Below, piece after piece: positions 28,504 to 37,605 of a DNA stretch of 64,000 nt. The first letter of the stretch is position 1; each line of letters begins with the position of its first letter. Origin of the DNA: a virus. The position numbers were made by a program, and so were the translations under genes. The DNA lies in the IMG/VR virus record IMGVR_UViG_3300042502_001732, positions 64,001 to 128,000 of that record. One strand, given 5' to 3'. Under the pieces are notes generated by a model. It was not told the DNA's origin, did no database searches, and was given only the letters and a program-made list of their open reading frames with translations.

Positions 28504-28686
28504 TTATTGAGCTAGTTTTTGAAGGGCTTCAAGACAATCAAGGCGGGTCTTTTTTCCCGTGATTGCTTTGGCAGTTTTGAATACGAGATTGCGACTATGC
28601 CGCATTCCCATGATTTCAAGTTTCAATCCGCTGATAAGGACACGCAAGCGGTATCCATCAATTTGTTCTTTAGTAGTTAGTATCAT
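28504..28686 (-). CDS. hypothetical protein
   Basis: Motif-1 promoter; LKLEIMGM. Confidence 0.6.
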   Translation of the reverse strand: MILTTKEQIDGYRLRVLISGLKLEIMGMRHSRNLVFKTAKAITGKKTRLDCLEALQKLAQ

Positions 28687-28766
28687 AGCGACCTCAGTAT
28701 ATTCTAGTTTTTTATTATTAAAATAAGGGCAGTTTTATGTCATACCCAGGACATTGCTACTACTAC

Positions 28767-29270
28767 TTATGAAAGTTCCTCATAATCCTCTGTGCCAAGG
28801 ATATTGTTAGATTTTACGGTGAAACATTCGGGGCGATTTTCTTCTGGATTCAGTAGCTTTTTGCGCTCGCTTTCAGTAAGAAACTCAGCGAATGTTCCTT
28901 TATCGACCACTTGCCCATCGACATAATAAGTCGAAGATGGAAAGTGATTGTTGCCAGTTGAAGGATAAAGCCTGATATATTCAGCATCTTTATGCTCAAT
29001 AACATAGGGAAATTGTTTCCAATTACCCCATGGCAGACTTTGCACTTCCCCACGCTCGCCATTTTCAATGGCATCTTTGACGCTGGAAAGGTTAGCAAAG
29101 TTCACGCCAGCACGAACAACAGCACTTGTCACTTTTTCAAGAATGACATTCTTATGAGCGGCGGCGGGTTTGGGATTGCTTTTCCAATAGGCTTTTACAA
29201 AAGAACCTTTCGTGTTGAGGATCTTATTGATAACTTCAGTTGCGGTTAGTGATGCAGTATGTGTATTCAT
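28767..29270 (-). CDS. hypothetical early protein
   Basis: 167 aa; motif-1 promoter. Confidence 0.7.
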   Translation of the reverse strand: MNTHTASLTATEVINKILNTKGSFVKAYWKSNPKPAAAHKNVILEKVTSAVVRAGVNFANLSSVKDAIENGERGEVQSLPWGNWKQFPYVIEHKDAEYIRLYPSTGNNHFPSSTYYVDGQVVDKGTFAEFLTESERKKLLNPEENRPECFTVKSNNILGTEDYEELS

Positions 29271-29375
29271 AGCGACCTTAATATAATCTAGTTTCTTATT
29301 AGTGACAGTGTATTGGGGTTTGGTAACGAAACAGATTTCATTACCAAAACCAATATATTCTAGTTTTTTATTAGT

Positions 29376-30893
29376 TTATTCAGCTTCTTTATTGCCACGA
29401 GTCGGGCAATCGGTGATATGAACAAGTTTGTTCTTTGCTCGCGTGATGGCAACATATGAGAGATTCTTTTCTTGTTCTTTCATCCAATCCAAAACCGCAT
29501 ACTTACTTGGTTGAAATTGACTCATACCAAGGATATAACAGTTGTCAAATTCCAATCCTTTTGACTTGTGAATGCTTGACAGTGTGACTACATTCGGCTT
29601 TTTATAGTCGTCATTATCACTGAACATATCACTGATAAGTTTTTGAAGAGATGCAACATCATGCTTGCCGAGGGTTTGGCATCGCTCAATGAGAATCATC
29701 ATTGTATCAAATTTGTCTTCAAGCAGTGCAAGTTTTGCTTTACTAGCCTTTTCGCTTTCACGATCAAAATGCTTTTGAAGTCGAAGTGTAAACGTTGCCA
29801 AGTCTTTTACTTTCCACTTGCGAGTGAGTGTAATAAGGTTTTGACCAATGTCTTTTCCTTCGATTCTACAACCAATGCCTTCACGAATAAGCGCAAACGC
29901 AAGAGCAACAAGCGGGGAATTATTGCGACATATGATACCATCATTTTTATTAAGGTTTAATGACGGTGTAGATTTTACAAATTCATCATACTTAATTGAA
30001 GATATTTCCCCGTCGTTGTTATTTTCAAATGCTTCAATGTCTGCTACATATTCTTTAGCAGCGGTGATAATATTCTTTCCGCAGCGATAGCAAACACTCA
30101 GCGGAAGTTCAACAGCGTCAAACATAGTTTTGATGAGTTCCATGCTATTGTTTTCAGCACCAGTAAACCCATAGATAGCTTGATTTGGATCACCAATAGC
30201 AATCAATCTACCACCTGGCTTAAGCATTTTCTTGAGCAAAAGCTTTCTACAAACATTGGTATCTTGTGCTTCATCAACAATAATCCAATCATATTGTATC
30301 ATATCAACATCAAAAAGCAATGGGAAATAAAGCATATCACTGAAATCAATGCTTTTGACATCACGGTTATTAAGATCCAGTACCTTTTGGCATACATCAA
30401 TAATCGTTTCCAAGCTCACATCAGCATCAATATCAATATCATTATGCTGAATAATATTGACCCAAGCATTGATATCATCAACAGTGTTGCAACCAGAAAC
30501 ACCAAAACCGTATTCTTTTGCAAAGCGAACCATATCCATGATTGCTTTACGACACTTCATAAGTTCCCCTTCTTGAGTGAAATACTCAACAAAGTTATAA
30601 ACCTTGGAGTTATTAACACTCATTTTGCCTTTTGCTTTGGCAAGACTTTTCAATGATTCACTATGAAAAGTAGCAGCACTTGCATTGGGATAACCCATAG
30701 TAACAAGACGATTTTGCAATTCAGTTGCAATTTTCTTGTTGAAAGCAAGCATCAAAACATCACCGCTCATACGATCAACAGCATTGATAGCAGTAGTAGT
30801 TTTACCACTTCCCGCTTTAGCATTGACAATCGCATTGCCAGTTCCTTCAGATACCCATTTATATATATTTTCTTGATAAGTAGATGCAAACAT
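29376..30893 (-). CDS. UvrD/Rep-like SF1 helicase
   Basis: AKAGSGKTT, VDEAQD, GDPNQAIYGF, CYRC, IHKSKGLEF, YVAITRAK. Confidence 0.92.
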   Translation of the reverse strand: MFASTYQENIYKWVSEGTGNAIVNAKAGSGKTTTAINAVDRMSGDVLMLAFNKKIATELQNRLVTMGYPNASAATFHSESLKSLAKAKGKMSVNNSKVYNFVEYFTQEGELMKCRKAIMDMVRFAKEYGFGVSGCNTVDDINAWVNIIQHNDIDIDADVSLETIIDVCQKVLDLNNRDVKSIDFSDMLYFPLLFDVDMIQYDWIIVDEAQDTNVCRKLLLKKMLKPGGRLIAIGDPNQAIYGFTGAENNSMELIKTMFDAVELPLSVCYRCGKNIITAAKEYVADIEAFENNNDGEISSIKYDEFVKSTPSLNLNKNDGIICRNNSPLVALAFALIREGIGCRIEGKDIGQNLITLTRKWKVKDLATFTLRLQKHFDRESEKASKAKLALLEDKFDTMMILIERCQTLGKHDVASLQKLISDMFSDNDDYKKPNVVTLSSIHKSKGLEFDNCYILGMSQFQPSKYAVLDWMKEQEKNLSYVAITRAKNKLVHITDCPTRGNKEAE

Positions 30894-30961
30894 GTGACAG
30901 CAGTATATTCTAGTTTTTTAGTAGTCTTTTTTCTACAATTCTAGTTTTTTAGTAGTGGATA

Positions 30962-31660
30962 TTACTCTGGATTCACAACAAATCCCGTATCATCTTTCTT
31001 GGCTTTGCCTTTATCAACAAGACCAACAACACAATTACTAGGATCAAGAAAGCGAAGATCATTGGTATCACCATCAACAACAACCTTATTCTTGTAAGTA
31101 GCAGGAAGTTTTTTGCGAAAAACAACAGCAACATTGCCACCCATACTCATAATAAGATCAGTATGAGATTCATTGCTTTCACTACGAGAGAAAGTAAGAT
31201 GATAATTCTTTGGAAAATTACCATTAACAAACTCAATCATACGCTTTACATTCTTGGTATAATCATAAAATACAACATCGGGAAAGTGTTGCATCATATT
31301 CTTGCCTTGAAACAAGACATTTTCCCAAGGAATATCACTTGTAAGATTGAATCTAAAGCAAGGAATCATATCATTCTTCTTTGCTTTTTTAACAGCACTT
31401 TGAATTTCTTTATACAATTTAAGCAAGAAATCTTGTTTATCATTAAAGAAATACTTGGTTTTATTGATACGAGATTGTTGAACATTTGAATAAACACCCA
31501 TGCCAGCGGTATTAAGACAAGCAGCCGCACAACCTATTGATGCAAATTGACAAGTGTTATAACCAGACAATTTAGCAGGAGCTAAATGAATACCATTTGA
31601 ATAATAACCAAATGATTCACCTTTTTTGATTTTTGTATTTGCAGTAGTGAGTAGTTTCAT
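30962..31660 (-). CDS. GP88-like phage protein (radical-SAM-related fold)
   Basis: LAPA...CQFASIGCAAACL, RFNLTSDI, FYDYTK, DGDTNDLRFLD. Confidence 0.8.
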   Translation of the reverse strand: MKLLTTANTKIKKGESFGYYSNGIHLAPAKLSGYNTCQFASIGCAAACLNTAGMGVYSNVQQSRINKTKYFFNDKQDFLLKLYKEIQSAVKKAKKNDMIPCFRFNLTSDIPWENVLFQGKNMMQHFPDVVFYDYTKNVKRMIEFVNGNFPKNYHLTFSRSESNESHTDLIMSMGGNVAVVFRKKLPATYKNKVVVDGDTNDLRFLDPSNCVVGLVDKGKAKKDDTGFVVNPE

Positions 31661-32455
31661 AGCGACAACAATATAATCTAGTTTTTTATTAGTTTCGATT
31701 CAATCGTGATGATGAATATCAATAAAACAATATGATGATTTATTGATATTGATTTCAATCATGCGAAATCATTATGATCTAGTTTCTTATTAGTTTTTAT
31801 ATCTTTTTCTATATTGATATATAAACTTATATCTTCAACTATGATAATCTAGTTTTTTATTAGTCTTTTTATCCTTTCTACTATCTGTTTATCTTTGTTT
31901 TATTTTTTTAATTATTATTGTCTTTATCATTGATAAAATTTGCTATATCATTATTAGTTACGCTACGCGACATGTTTTATTCCGTAACTCATTGATAATC
32001 AATGATTTTGTTTTTTTGGATACAGATCGTTGGATATATATTATATTGTGTTTATCTGGCGTATTTTGTTGATATATATCGTGTGTGTATCTGTGTGTGC
32101 TTGTGTGTATCTATGTGTATTTTGATACATTTTATGCGTATTTTGATATTGTTTTAGTATATTTTGGTGTATTTATACGCTATTTTTGTTTGTTTTTGAT
32201 CCTCATTTCCTTTATGAGTTGATCGTATTCCCCGCTTCTGTATTGTTTTAAGATGATATCCACTGCAATGCAACAGGCTTTAAAATTATTTTTTTGGGTA
32301 TTGTTTGATTGTTTCATGTGTGTGTTGTTGTTATTGTGTGTATGCTTATTCACTAGCCATTATGCGTTTTATCAAATTTACATGTTTATATCAGATAAAC
32401 AAAGTTGTGATATTTACAAAGTTATAATGGTGACATTATTGTATTGATACCAATG

Positions 32456-32641
32456 TCAATGAACTGATATGTTATTGTCTATTTTTATTTTAGAATTTGG
32501 AAAAGTCCAACACTCTTTTGTATCGTTTATAAAACAAACCCAGTGTAAGTCATGTTCTTGGGAATAATCAATTACCAGATGTGCATATCCTTTTCCTTTG
32601 GGTGTTGTTACTGGTATTGTTGGGTTTAATTGTAATATCAT
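32456..32641 (-). CDS. conserved small phage protein
   Basis: MILQLNPTIPVTTPKG...IDYSQEHDL.W. Confidence 0.65.
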   Translation of the reverse strand: MILQLNPTIPVTTPKGKGYAHLVIDYSQEHDLHWVCFINDTKECWTFPNSKIKIDNNISVH

Positions 32642-32656
32642 AAGTTACATTTGTTT

Positions 32657-32920
32657 TTATAATTTATATTTGAATGTCTTACCATCTATGATATTGTCTT
32701 GTACCAATATATCAAGTGCCAAGGATTTATCTAGGATTTCGTAGGGATTATCTTTTGATTCCAACAACATATTGTTTCCTATCTTGTCGTTGATTACAGG
32801 ATGGATTGTTATGTTTTGTATGTTTATTGTTTTGTCTTGCAGTAATGTGAACGTTATGTGTGCTAGATGAACATCTGCGTCTTCTTCGCTGGTTATCAAT
32901 GATCGATGAATGTACTGCAT
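32657..32920 (-). CDS. hypothetical protein
   Basis: 87 aa ORF. Confidence 0.5.
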   Translation of the reverse strand: MQYIHRSLITSEEDADVHLAHITFTLLQDKTINIQNITIHPVINDKIGNNMLLESKDNPYEILDKSLALDILVQDNIIDGKTFKYKL

Positions 32921-32948
32921 ATTTGATGTTTTGTTGTATCAAAGTTTG

Positions 32949-33197
32949 TTACTTTTTAATCTCTAGGATTTCCACCTTCACGATCTTGCGTGAGATTTCG
33001 TTGTGGAATACATAATCAGATCCCACATAATAATCATCTACAATCTGTTGGATTGATTTATCTACCAGCATTACTAAAAGAACATTAAAGCCAGTAGTGA
33101 AGCGATCACCGTCTTCAATTGTGATATTCAGTGTAACTGTGATATATTCGCGTCTACTACAATCTTCATAAAAAACGCTTGAGTGTTCGTTGGTCAT
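32949..33197 (-). CDS. hypothetical protein, near-identical to 49826-50035
   Basis: Shared LNITIE.GDRFTTGFNVLLVML...VEILEIKK. Confidence 0.65.
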   Translation of the reverse strand: MTNEHSSVFYEDCSRREYITVTLNITIEDGDRFTTGFNVLLVMLVDKSIQQIVDDYYVGSDYVFHNEISRKIVKVEILEIKK

Positions 33198-33220
33198 ATT
33201 GTTATTGTATCAGAGTTTTA

Positions 33221-33418
33221 TTACCAGTGGGTGTATTCTTTGATGATACCCTCTTCATTCAGATAGCGAGCACACACATAAGTCTGAACGCAACTATCAT
33301 CACATGTCTCGAAAACATGAAACTTATCTTGCAACTCATACACAGCTTCGAGATACAATCTGCATGCTTCTTTTGCAGAGTCTAAGTTAGGATGAACATC
33401 ATTAGGTGGCATAGTCAT
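33221..33418 (-). CDS. hypothetical protein
   Basis: Fills a motif-2 cassette. Confidence 0.55.
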   Translation of the reverse strand: MTMPPNDVHPNLDSAKEACRLYLEAVYELQDKFHVFETCDDSCVQTYVCARYLNEEGIIKEYTHW

Positions 33419-33440
33419 ACTCTTATTGTATTAGTGTTCC

Positions 33441-33641
33441 TTAGTCCAATTCGTAGGTATCAACCTCGATGCCGATCTTACTTAGCTCGTGTACAGCGTG
33501 ATTGCGATACCATTCTTGATTCCAAAGCATCTCAAGACCTCCTTTTTTGAAGTCGTCTGGAAGAAGAAGGGATGTCATCTCACTAGCTTTGATAAAGTCT
33601 TCTTCGCTGTTGAAGGTGATGAAGTATTCCATTTCGGTCAT
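33441..33641 (-). CDS. hypothetical protein
   Basis: Fills a motif-2 cassette. Confidence 0.6.
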   Translation of the reverse strand: MTEMEYFITFNSEEDFIKASEMTSLLLPDDFKKGGLEMLWNQEWYRNHAVHELSKIGIEVDTYELD

Positions 33642-33653
33642 ATTATTATTGTA

Positions 33654-33788
33654 TCAGTGTTCCTTGTTTATTTCCTTCTTACCATCCTTACGCACACGCT
33701 TATTCTGTATGCGTTTATAGTATTTGCGTAGATGCTTCCACCATTGAACGGTCTTGACACCGCCTTTACTCTTTGATGAACTACTCAT
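33654..33788 (-). CDS. 44-aa highly basic peptide (copy 1)
   Basis: MSSSSKSKGGVKTVQWWKHLRKYYKRIQNKRVRKDGKKEINKEH; conserved copies at 50047 and 51333. Confidence 0.65.
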   Translation of the reverse strand: MSSSSKSKGGVKTVQWWKHLRKYYKRIQNKRVRKDGKKEINKEH

Positions 33789-33804
33789 TTGTTTATTGAT
33801 AAAA

Positions 33805-34413
33805 TTAACTGACGGTTTGTTGTTCTAGTTGTTTGAGTTTGTTTTTCAAGCTGTTTAATTTGTTTTCAATCGAGCTGTTTTTATTTTCAACGAGTCGTAT
33901 CATTGATCTACAGCATTTACAAAACTGATAGTATGATGGTTTTGGATTGTTGCCTTGATATTTCAAGGAGTTTTGAATACGATTATGACTGGTGGTTTTG
34001 ACGCGAATAATCCTTGAACAATCGCATGTGTATTCGTATGTGTTTTGTCGTTTGGTTTTGGTAACACTGGTGTCATAGCTGTGGCAACGAATCGGTTCAG
34101 CATTGAAAACCTTTATCATAACATATTTCCATTCTTTGCCATGACTCTTTACAAAACTACCAAACACCATTCTCTGAATATAATGAGCCATTTCATGAAC
34201 AACAATCTCATGAAAGGTTTGTTTGTTATGCTCTGCCAAGTCAAGTTGGAACATCAATTCTCTGATTGATTGATTAAAAGACACAAGACAAGTTCCTGCT
34301 GTTGTGCCGTTTCTTTTAAAGATGATGTTGGTGGGTCTTGGAAAAACCCTGTTAAAGAATTTTTCAGCAATGAGGAAACATTCTTCAACCTTTTGTAGTA
34401 TGGTGTCTTGCAT
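33805..34413 (-). CDS. SprT-like zinc metalloprotease
   Basis: TTAG, VHEMAH, HGKEWK, RCHSY, YTCDC. Confidence 0.9.
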   Translation of the reverse strand: MQDTILQKVEECFLIAEKFFNRVFPRPTNIIFKRNGTTAGTCLVSFNQSIRELMFQLDLAEHNKQTFHEIVVHEMAHYIQRMVFGSFVKSHGKEWKYVMIKVFNAEPIRCHSYDTSVTKTKRQNTYEYTCDCSRIIRVKTTSHNRIQNSLKYQGNNPKPSYYQFCKCCRSMIRLVENKNSSIENKLNSLKNKLKQLEQQTVS

Positions 34414-34517
34414 GACAACAGTATATTTTAGTTTTTTATTAGTTTCTTGAAATCCATCAAACGATGAAATGAATCTACAATCCTTTTATAAAAAAAACAA
34501 TTTGACTAAATAATACT

Positions 34518-34823
34518 ATGACTACAAAAGATCAATATAATTTAGCTAACTTGTATAAGGAATCATACGAAAATGATGACATTTCATTTGATGCTGATTT
34601 ATCCGATGTTAATTTAACTTACAATGATGAAGAATCTGCACTTATTGAAAAATATGGCAAATTGGGAGAAAAGCTTGTAAATTACTTTCATGCACTTGAA
34701 AATGCACTTAAAAATCCCATGACTAATTTTGCAACTATTCAACACTTAACGGATAAAATCAATTCCATGCAACATGGTATGCGTATGGTAGATAGTAGAA
34801 ACAAAGTTGATAGACATTCATAA
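34518..34823 (+). CDS. late protein, probable internal head protein
   Basis: CTAAATA upstream; MTTKDQYNLANLYKESYE leader. Confidence 0.6.
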   Translation: MTTKDQYNLANLYKESYENDDISFDADLSDVNLTYNDEESALIEKYGKLGEKLVNYFHALENALKNPMTNFATIQHLTDKINSMQHGMRMVDSRNKVDRHS

Positions 34824-34833
34824 ATTTTTAAAG

Positions 34834-35049
34834 TTATCCAATTAAGATTGCTTTACAATCGCTTTCTTCCTCCTCTTCAACAATCTCATGGTTGCCATAA
34901 TACCATTCACTATTTACTCCTAGCTTTATAGACTCTTCTCTACATACAGAACACGCATTTACTCCTCCTTCATATCCATTAACAACAACCATTGTTTCTG
35001 GATCGTATTCTTGAAGTTTTTCAATTAATTGTTTGACTTTCATCTTCAA
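34834..35049 (-). CDS. hypothetical protein (MKVKQLIEKL family)
   Basis: Common phage N-terminal motif. Confidence 0.6.
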   Translation of the reverse strand: MKMKVKQLIEKLQEYDPETMVVVNGYEGGVNACSVCREESIKLGVNSEWYYGNHEIVEEEEESDCKAILIG

Positions 35050-35252
35050 TTAAAAAAGAAAGGAAACGATTGTTTGACTAGGGAAAGAGTCAATTCTTCA
35101 CAGATCAACCATTTGATAAGAACGATTGGGTAAAAGATGGCATCAATGATTCCCCAGAATAGACTATTGTTGTTTAGGTTATATCCCAGTACACCAACGA
35201 TGTAAGCCAAGACATAACTATAATTAGAACGGTAATGATAAGTTTTGTTCAT
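35046..35252 (-). CDS. small membrane protein
   Basis: Hydrophobic; ATGA-coupled. Confidence 0.55.
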   Translation of the reverse strand: MNKTYHYRSNYSYVLAYIVGVLGYNLNNNSLFWGIIDAIFYPIVLIKWLICEELTLSLVKQSFPFFFN

Positions 35253-35350
35253 ATTAAAAAAGATTAATAATTGCTTTAATGATGGTTACGAAAACCATTG
35301 TTAAGCACACTCCCATAAAGAGTGTGCAAAGAATTAGGATTGGTGTTGAA

Positions 35351-35614
35351 TCAAAGTTTTTCATTTAAAAATGTTTCTATTTCTTCGAAAAATTCACCAT
35401 CCCATTCACGATTTTTATTGATGGTTTCAAATTCATCTGTTAAGTCTTCAGCAAGTTCATAAAGACCACCGTGTCCTTTTTCTTTAATAGTCTTTTCCAA
35501 CAATTCACTGTGGTCTATTTCATGCGTATGCATCGCATGTGCAACAGTGATTGCCGCAACTACTTCATAATGAGTCTCTTGCCAAGATGCAAATCCGTTT
35601 GGGAAATTTTTCAT
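35351..35614 (-). CDS. conserved phage hypothetical protein
   Basis: FPNGFASWQETHYEV...GGLYELA..LTDEFE. Confidence 0.7.
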   Translation of the reverse strand: MKNFPNGFASWQETHYEVVAAITVAHAMHTHEIDHSELLEKTIKEKGHGGLYELAEDLTDEFETINKNREWDGEFFEEIETFLNEKL

Positions 35615-35710
35615 AAATGTAATTTAGATGAGATGATTGTATTTTAGTTTTTTATTAGAATTTTTTTATAAAAGATTATGAATCTATTCATAATATGGAT
35701 AAATAATAAT

Positions 35711-36070
35711 ATGAAATGTTTAATTTGTGAGAAATCATTAGAGGGAAGACAGAAAAAATTTTGTAGTAGTAAATGTAAAAGTATGTTAGCTAATAATAAA
35801 TTGCAAAATTATCAAGCACAGCAAACAAGGGGCAAGATAAGAAAAAAAAAGTTAATCGAAATGAAAGGAGGCTGTTGTGAAAAATGCGGTTATAATAAAA
35901 GTTTAGCAGCATTGTCTTTTCATCATTTGAATCCAAATCTTAAAAAATTTCATTTAGATATTAGAAATCTTTCCAATAGGAAGTGGGAAATGATTATTGA
36001 AGAATTTAATGAATGTGAATTGTTGTGTTTTAATTGTCATATGGAATTACATCATGGTTGCGAATGGTAG
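35711..36070 (+). CDS. free-standing HNH homing endonuclease
   Basis: CxxC...FCSSKC, GGCCEKCGY, FHHLNP, LLCFNCHMELH; ATAAATA late box upstream. Confidence 0.85.
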   Translation: MKCLICEKSLEGRQKKFCSSKCKSMLANNKLQNYQAQQTRGKIRKKKLIEMKGGCCEKCGYNKSLAALSFHHLNPNLKKFHLDIRNLSNRKWEMIIEEFNECELLCFNCHMELHHGCEW

Positions 36071-36347
36071 GGGTGGAGGGATTCGAACCCCCACTCAATC
36101 GATTATGCTTACCACTATAGTTTTCACTACCCTTTCGGTTTGTGGTCTGGACTATCCCTTAATCTTCAGCATTACCTGTTAAGACTGAACTATTATAGTC
36201 TCTGCACGTCTCTCTTTCGAGATTTCGCTCAAGATTGGCATCAGCATTACCTGTTAAGCGTTCCTTGAATTTAAGTTCTGCTAACTTATTATTTCTAACA
36301 AGAAGACCCGTTAAAGTCGACTGCTTTGACCATTAAGCTACACCCCT
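36065..36347 (-). tRNA. tRNA with CAU anticodon (probably Ile2/lysidine type), split by a group I intron; exons 36347-36315 and 36107-36065
   Basis: Spliced: AGGGGTG...GTCGA-CTCATAA-TCGAT...GGGGGTTCGAATCCCTC-CACCCCT-ACCA; the A1-U72 pair argues against an initiator tRNA. Confidence 0.85.
36108..36314 (-). mobile_element. group I intron (207 nt, no ORF)
   Basis: Inserted after U33 and ends in G; P AAATTCAAGGAA, Q AATCTTGAGC, R GCAGAGACTA, S AAGGGATAGTCC. Confidence 0.9.
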
Positions 36348-36400
36348 TTATATAAAATTGAACAGCCTTTTATTGACTTGCTTAGGTCAGATTGCCGATA

Positions 36401-36574
36401 TTATCGGAGTCTGTATTGATTTGTTTCGATGTTGACATCGACAAGATTGCGCTTTTCAAGAGCAAGAATAATGCGCTTGGCGTTCTTATCAAAAGAATGC
36501 CATCCATCAATCTTACTGATGAATGCAAACGCTTCTCTTTGATGTTTGCCCATCTTTTTAATGTTTGTTTCCAT
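36401..36574 (-). CDS. 57-aa basic protein (METNIKKMGKHQRE...)
   Basis: Hand-translated; TTGACA...TATCTT promoter near 36627-36655. Confidence 0.5.
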   Translation of the reverse strand: METNIKKMGKHQREAFAFISKIDGWHSFDKNAKRIILALEKRNLVDVNIETNQYRLR

Positions 36575-36691
36575 ATTATTGCGTTTTTTGCTGTTATCGG
36601 TGAATCATCATCACCGCCGACTAATTTAAGATACCAACAATTTTCACTTTGTCAACATCTTGTCCCATAAGATAATCTAGTTTTTTATTAA

Positions 36692-36880
36692 TTATTCTGA
36701 AAACATGCTGTTGTCGTTTTCGTATTCATCGGAAGAAAAAGTCTTTCTTAAAACTATTTCTGTAATATATTTGTCACACAGATGATTGATATAATCATCA
36801 AATTCTTTATCATTCAGAAAACCAACAGCCACATGCCCATTGGCAAGCATAACTTTTTCTATTGGTTTTTTATTATACAT
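36692..36880 (-). CDS. hypothetical protein
   Basis: Leftward small-gene run. Confidence 0.5.
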   Translation of the reverse strand: MYNKKPIEKVMLANGHVAVGFLNDKEFDDYINHLCDKYITEIVLRKTFSSDEYENDNSMFSE

Positions 36881-36895
36881 TATATAAACTTTTTA

Positions 36896-37123
36896 TCAAG
36901 CGAATTCTACTTCGATTTCGTGTCCTGTTTCTGATTTGGTTTGTCCATCTAGAACAAGATAGATTGCGGCGTGGTATTTATCTTCATCAATATCATAGAA
37001 AAAGTTTAAATCAACAAATTCATTTATTACATGCCACTCATCTTCTTCATGAGCGCGTTTAATTGTATACTGACCTTCTTGTGTGTCAAGAATAAGTTCT
37101 TGTTCTTTGACAATAAGTTTCAT
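36896..37123 (-). CDS. hypothetical acidic protein
   Basis: Leftward small-gene run. Confidence 0.55.
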   Translation of the reverse strand: MKLIVKEQELILDTQEGQYTIKRAHEEDEWHVINEFVDLNFFYDIDEDKYHAAIYLVLDGQTKSETGHEIEVEFA

Positions 37124-37144
37124 TTGTTTCTTTATTAGATGTGT

Positions 37145-37345
37145 TTAAGAACTTTTCCTACCATTCGAATAGCAACGATGAATTTTACCATCATCACCCG
37201 TTTTAAATAAAATCCATTCTCCTTTATTATGTTTTTGTTTAAGATAGTCTTTAACCCATTTAGGAAAATCTGTAAAACTATCAGCAGTCTTTATTTTATG
37301 TTCAAATGGAGTAGCGATAATACAAACATACCTAGCGGGTTTCAT
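37145..37345 (-). CDS. hypothetical protein
   Basis: ATGA-coupled. Confidence 0.5.
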   Translation of the reverse strand: MKPARYVCIIATPFEHKIKTADSFTDFPKWVKDYLKQKHNKGEWILFKTGDDGKIHRCYSNGRKSS

Positions 37346-37605
37346 TTGTTTCTGTATTTACGGAGAAGTTGCTCGTCTGTCATGCGGGTAGTCAAGAATG
37401 TCTGGTGGAAAGTGACAGGGATGTTGCCATACTCACCATCATCATGGATAAGAGTGTCGCCATTGTAGATATCAAAATCTGCACCCCAATAACTTTCATT
37501 AATAACTACTGGTGGGAATCTCTCACCATCAATATTTGAGGTGATATTATGCTCAATGACTACTCGTCTTTTAGGATTAAAAAGATTAAAAATATTAAAA
37601 AACAT
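37342..37605 (-). CDS. hypothetical protein
   Basis: Probable start MFFNIFN. Confidence 0.5.
   Translation of the reverse strand: MFFNIFNLFNPKRRVVIEHNITSNIDGERFPPVVINESYWGADFDIYNGDTLIHDDGEYGNIPVTFHQTFLTTRMTDEQLLRKYRNK

Noticed and set aside
32253-32447. 64-aa hydrophobic ORF on the + strand
   Set aside because: Derives from GT-rich low-complexity sequence, runs opposite to local transcription and has no promoter signal
36065-36347. Initiator tRNA-fMet
   Set aside because: Positions 1 and 72 pair and the anticodon stem lacks three consecutive G-C pairs; it resembles tRNA-Ile2 or elongator Met
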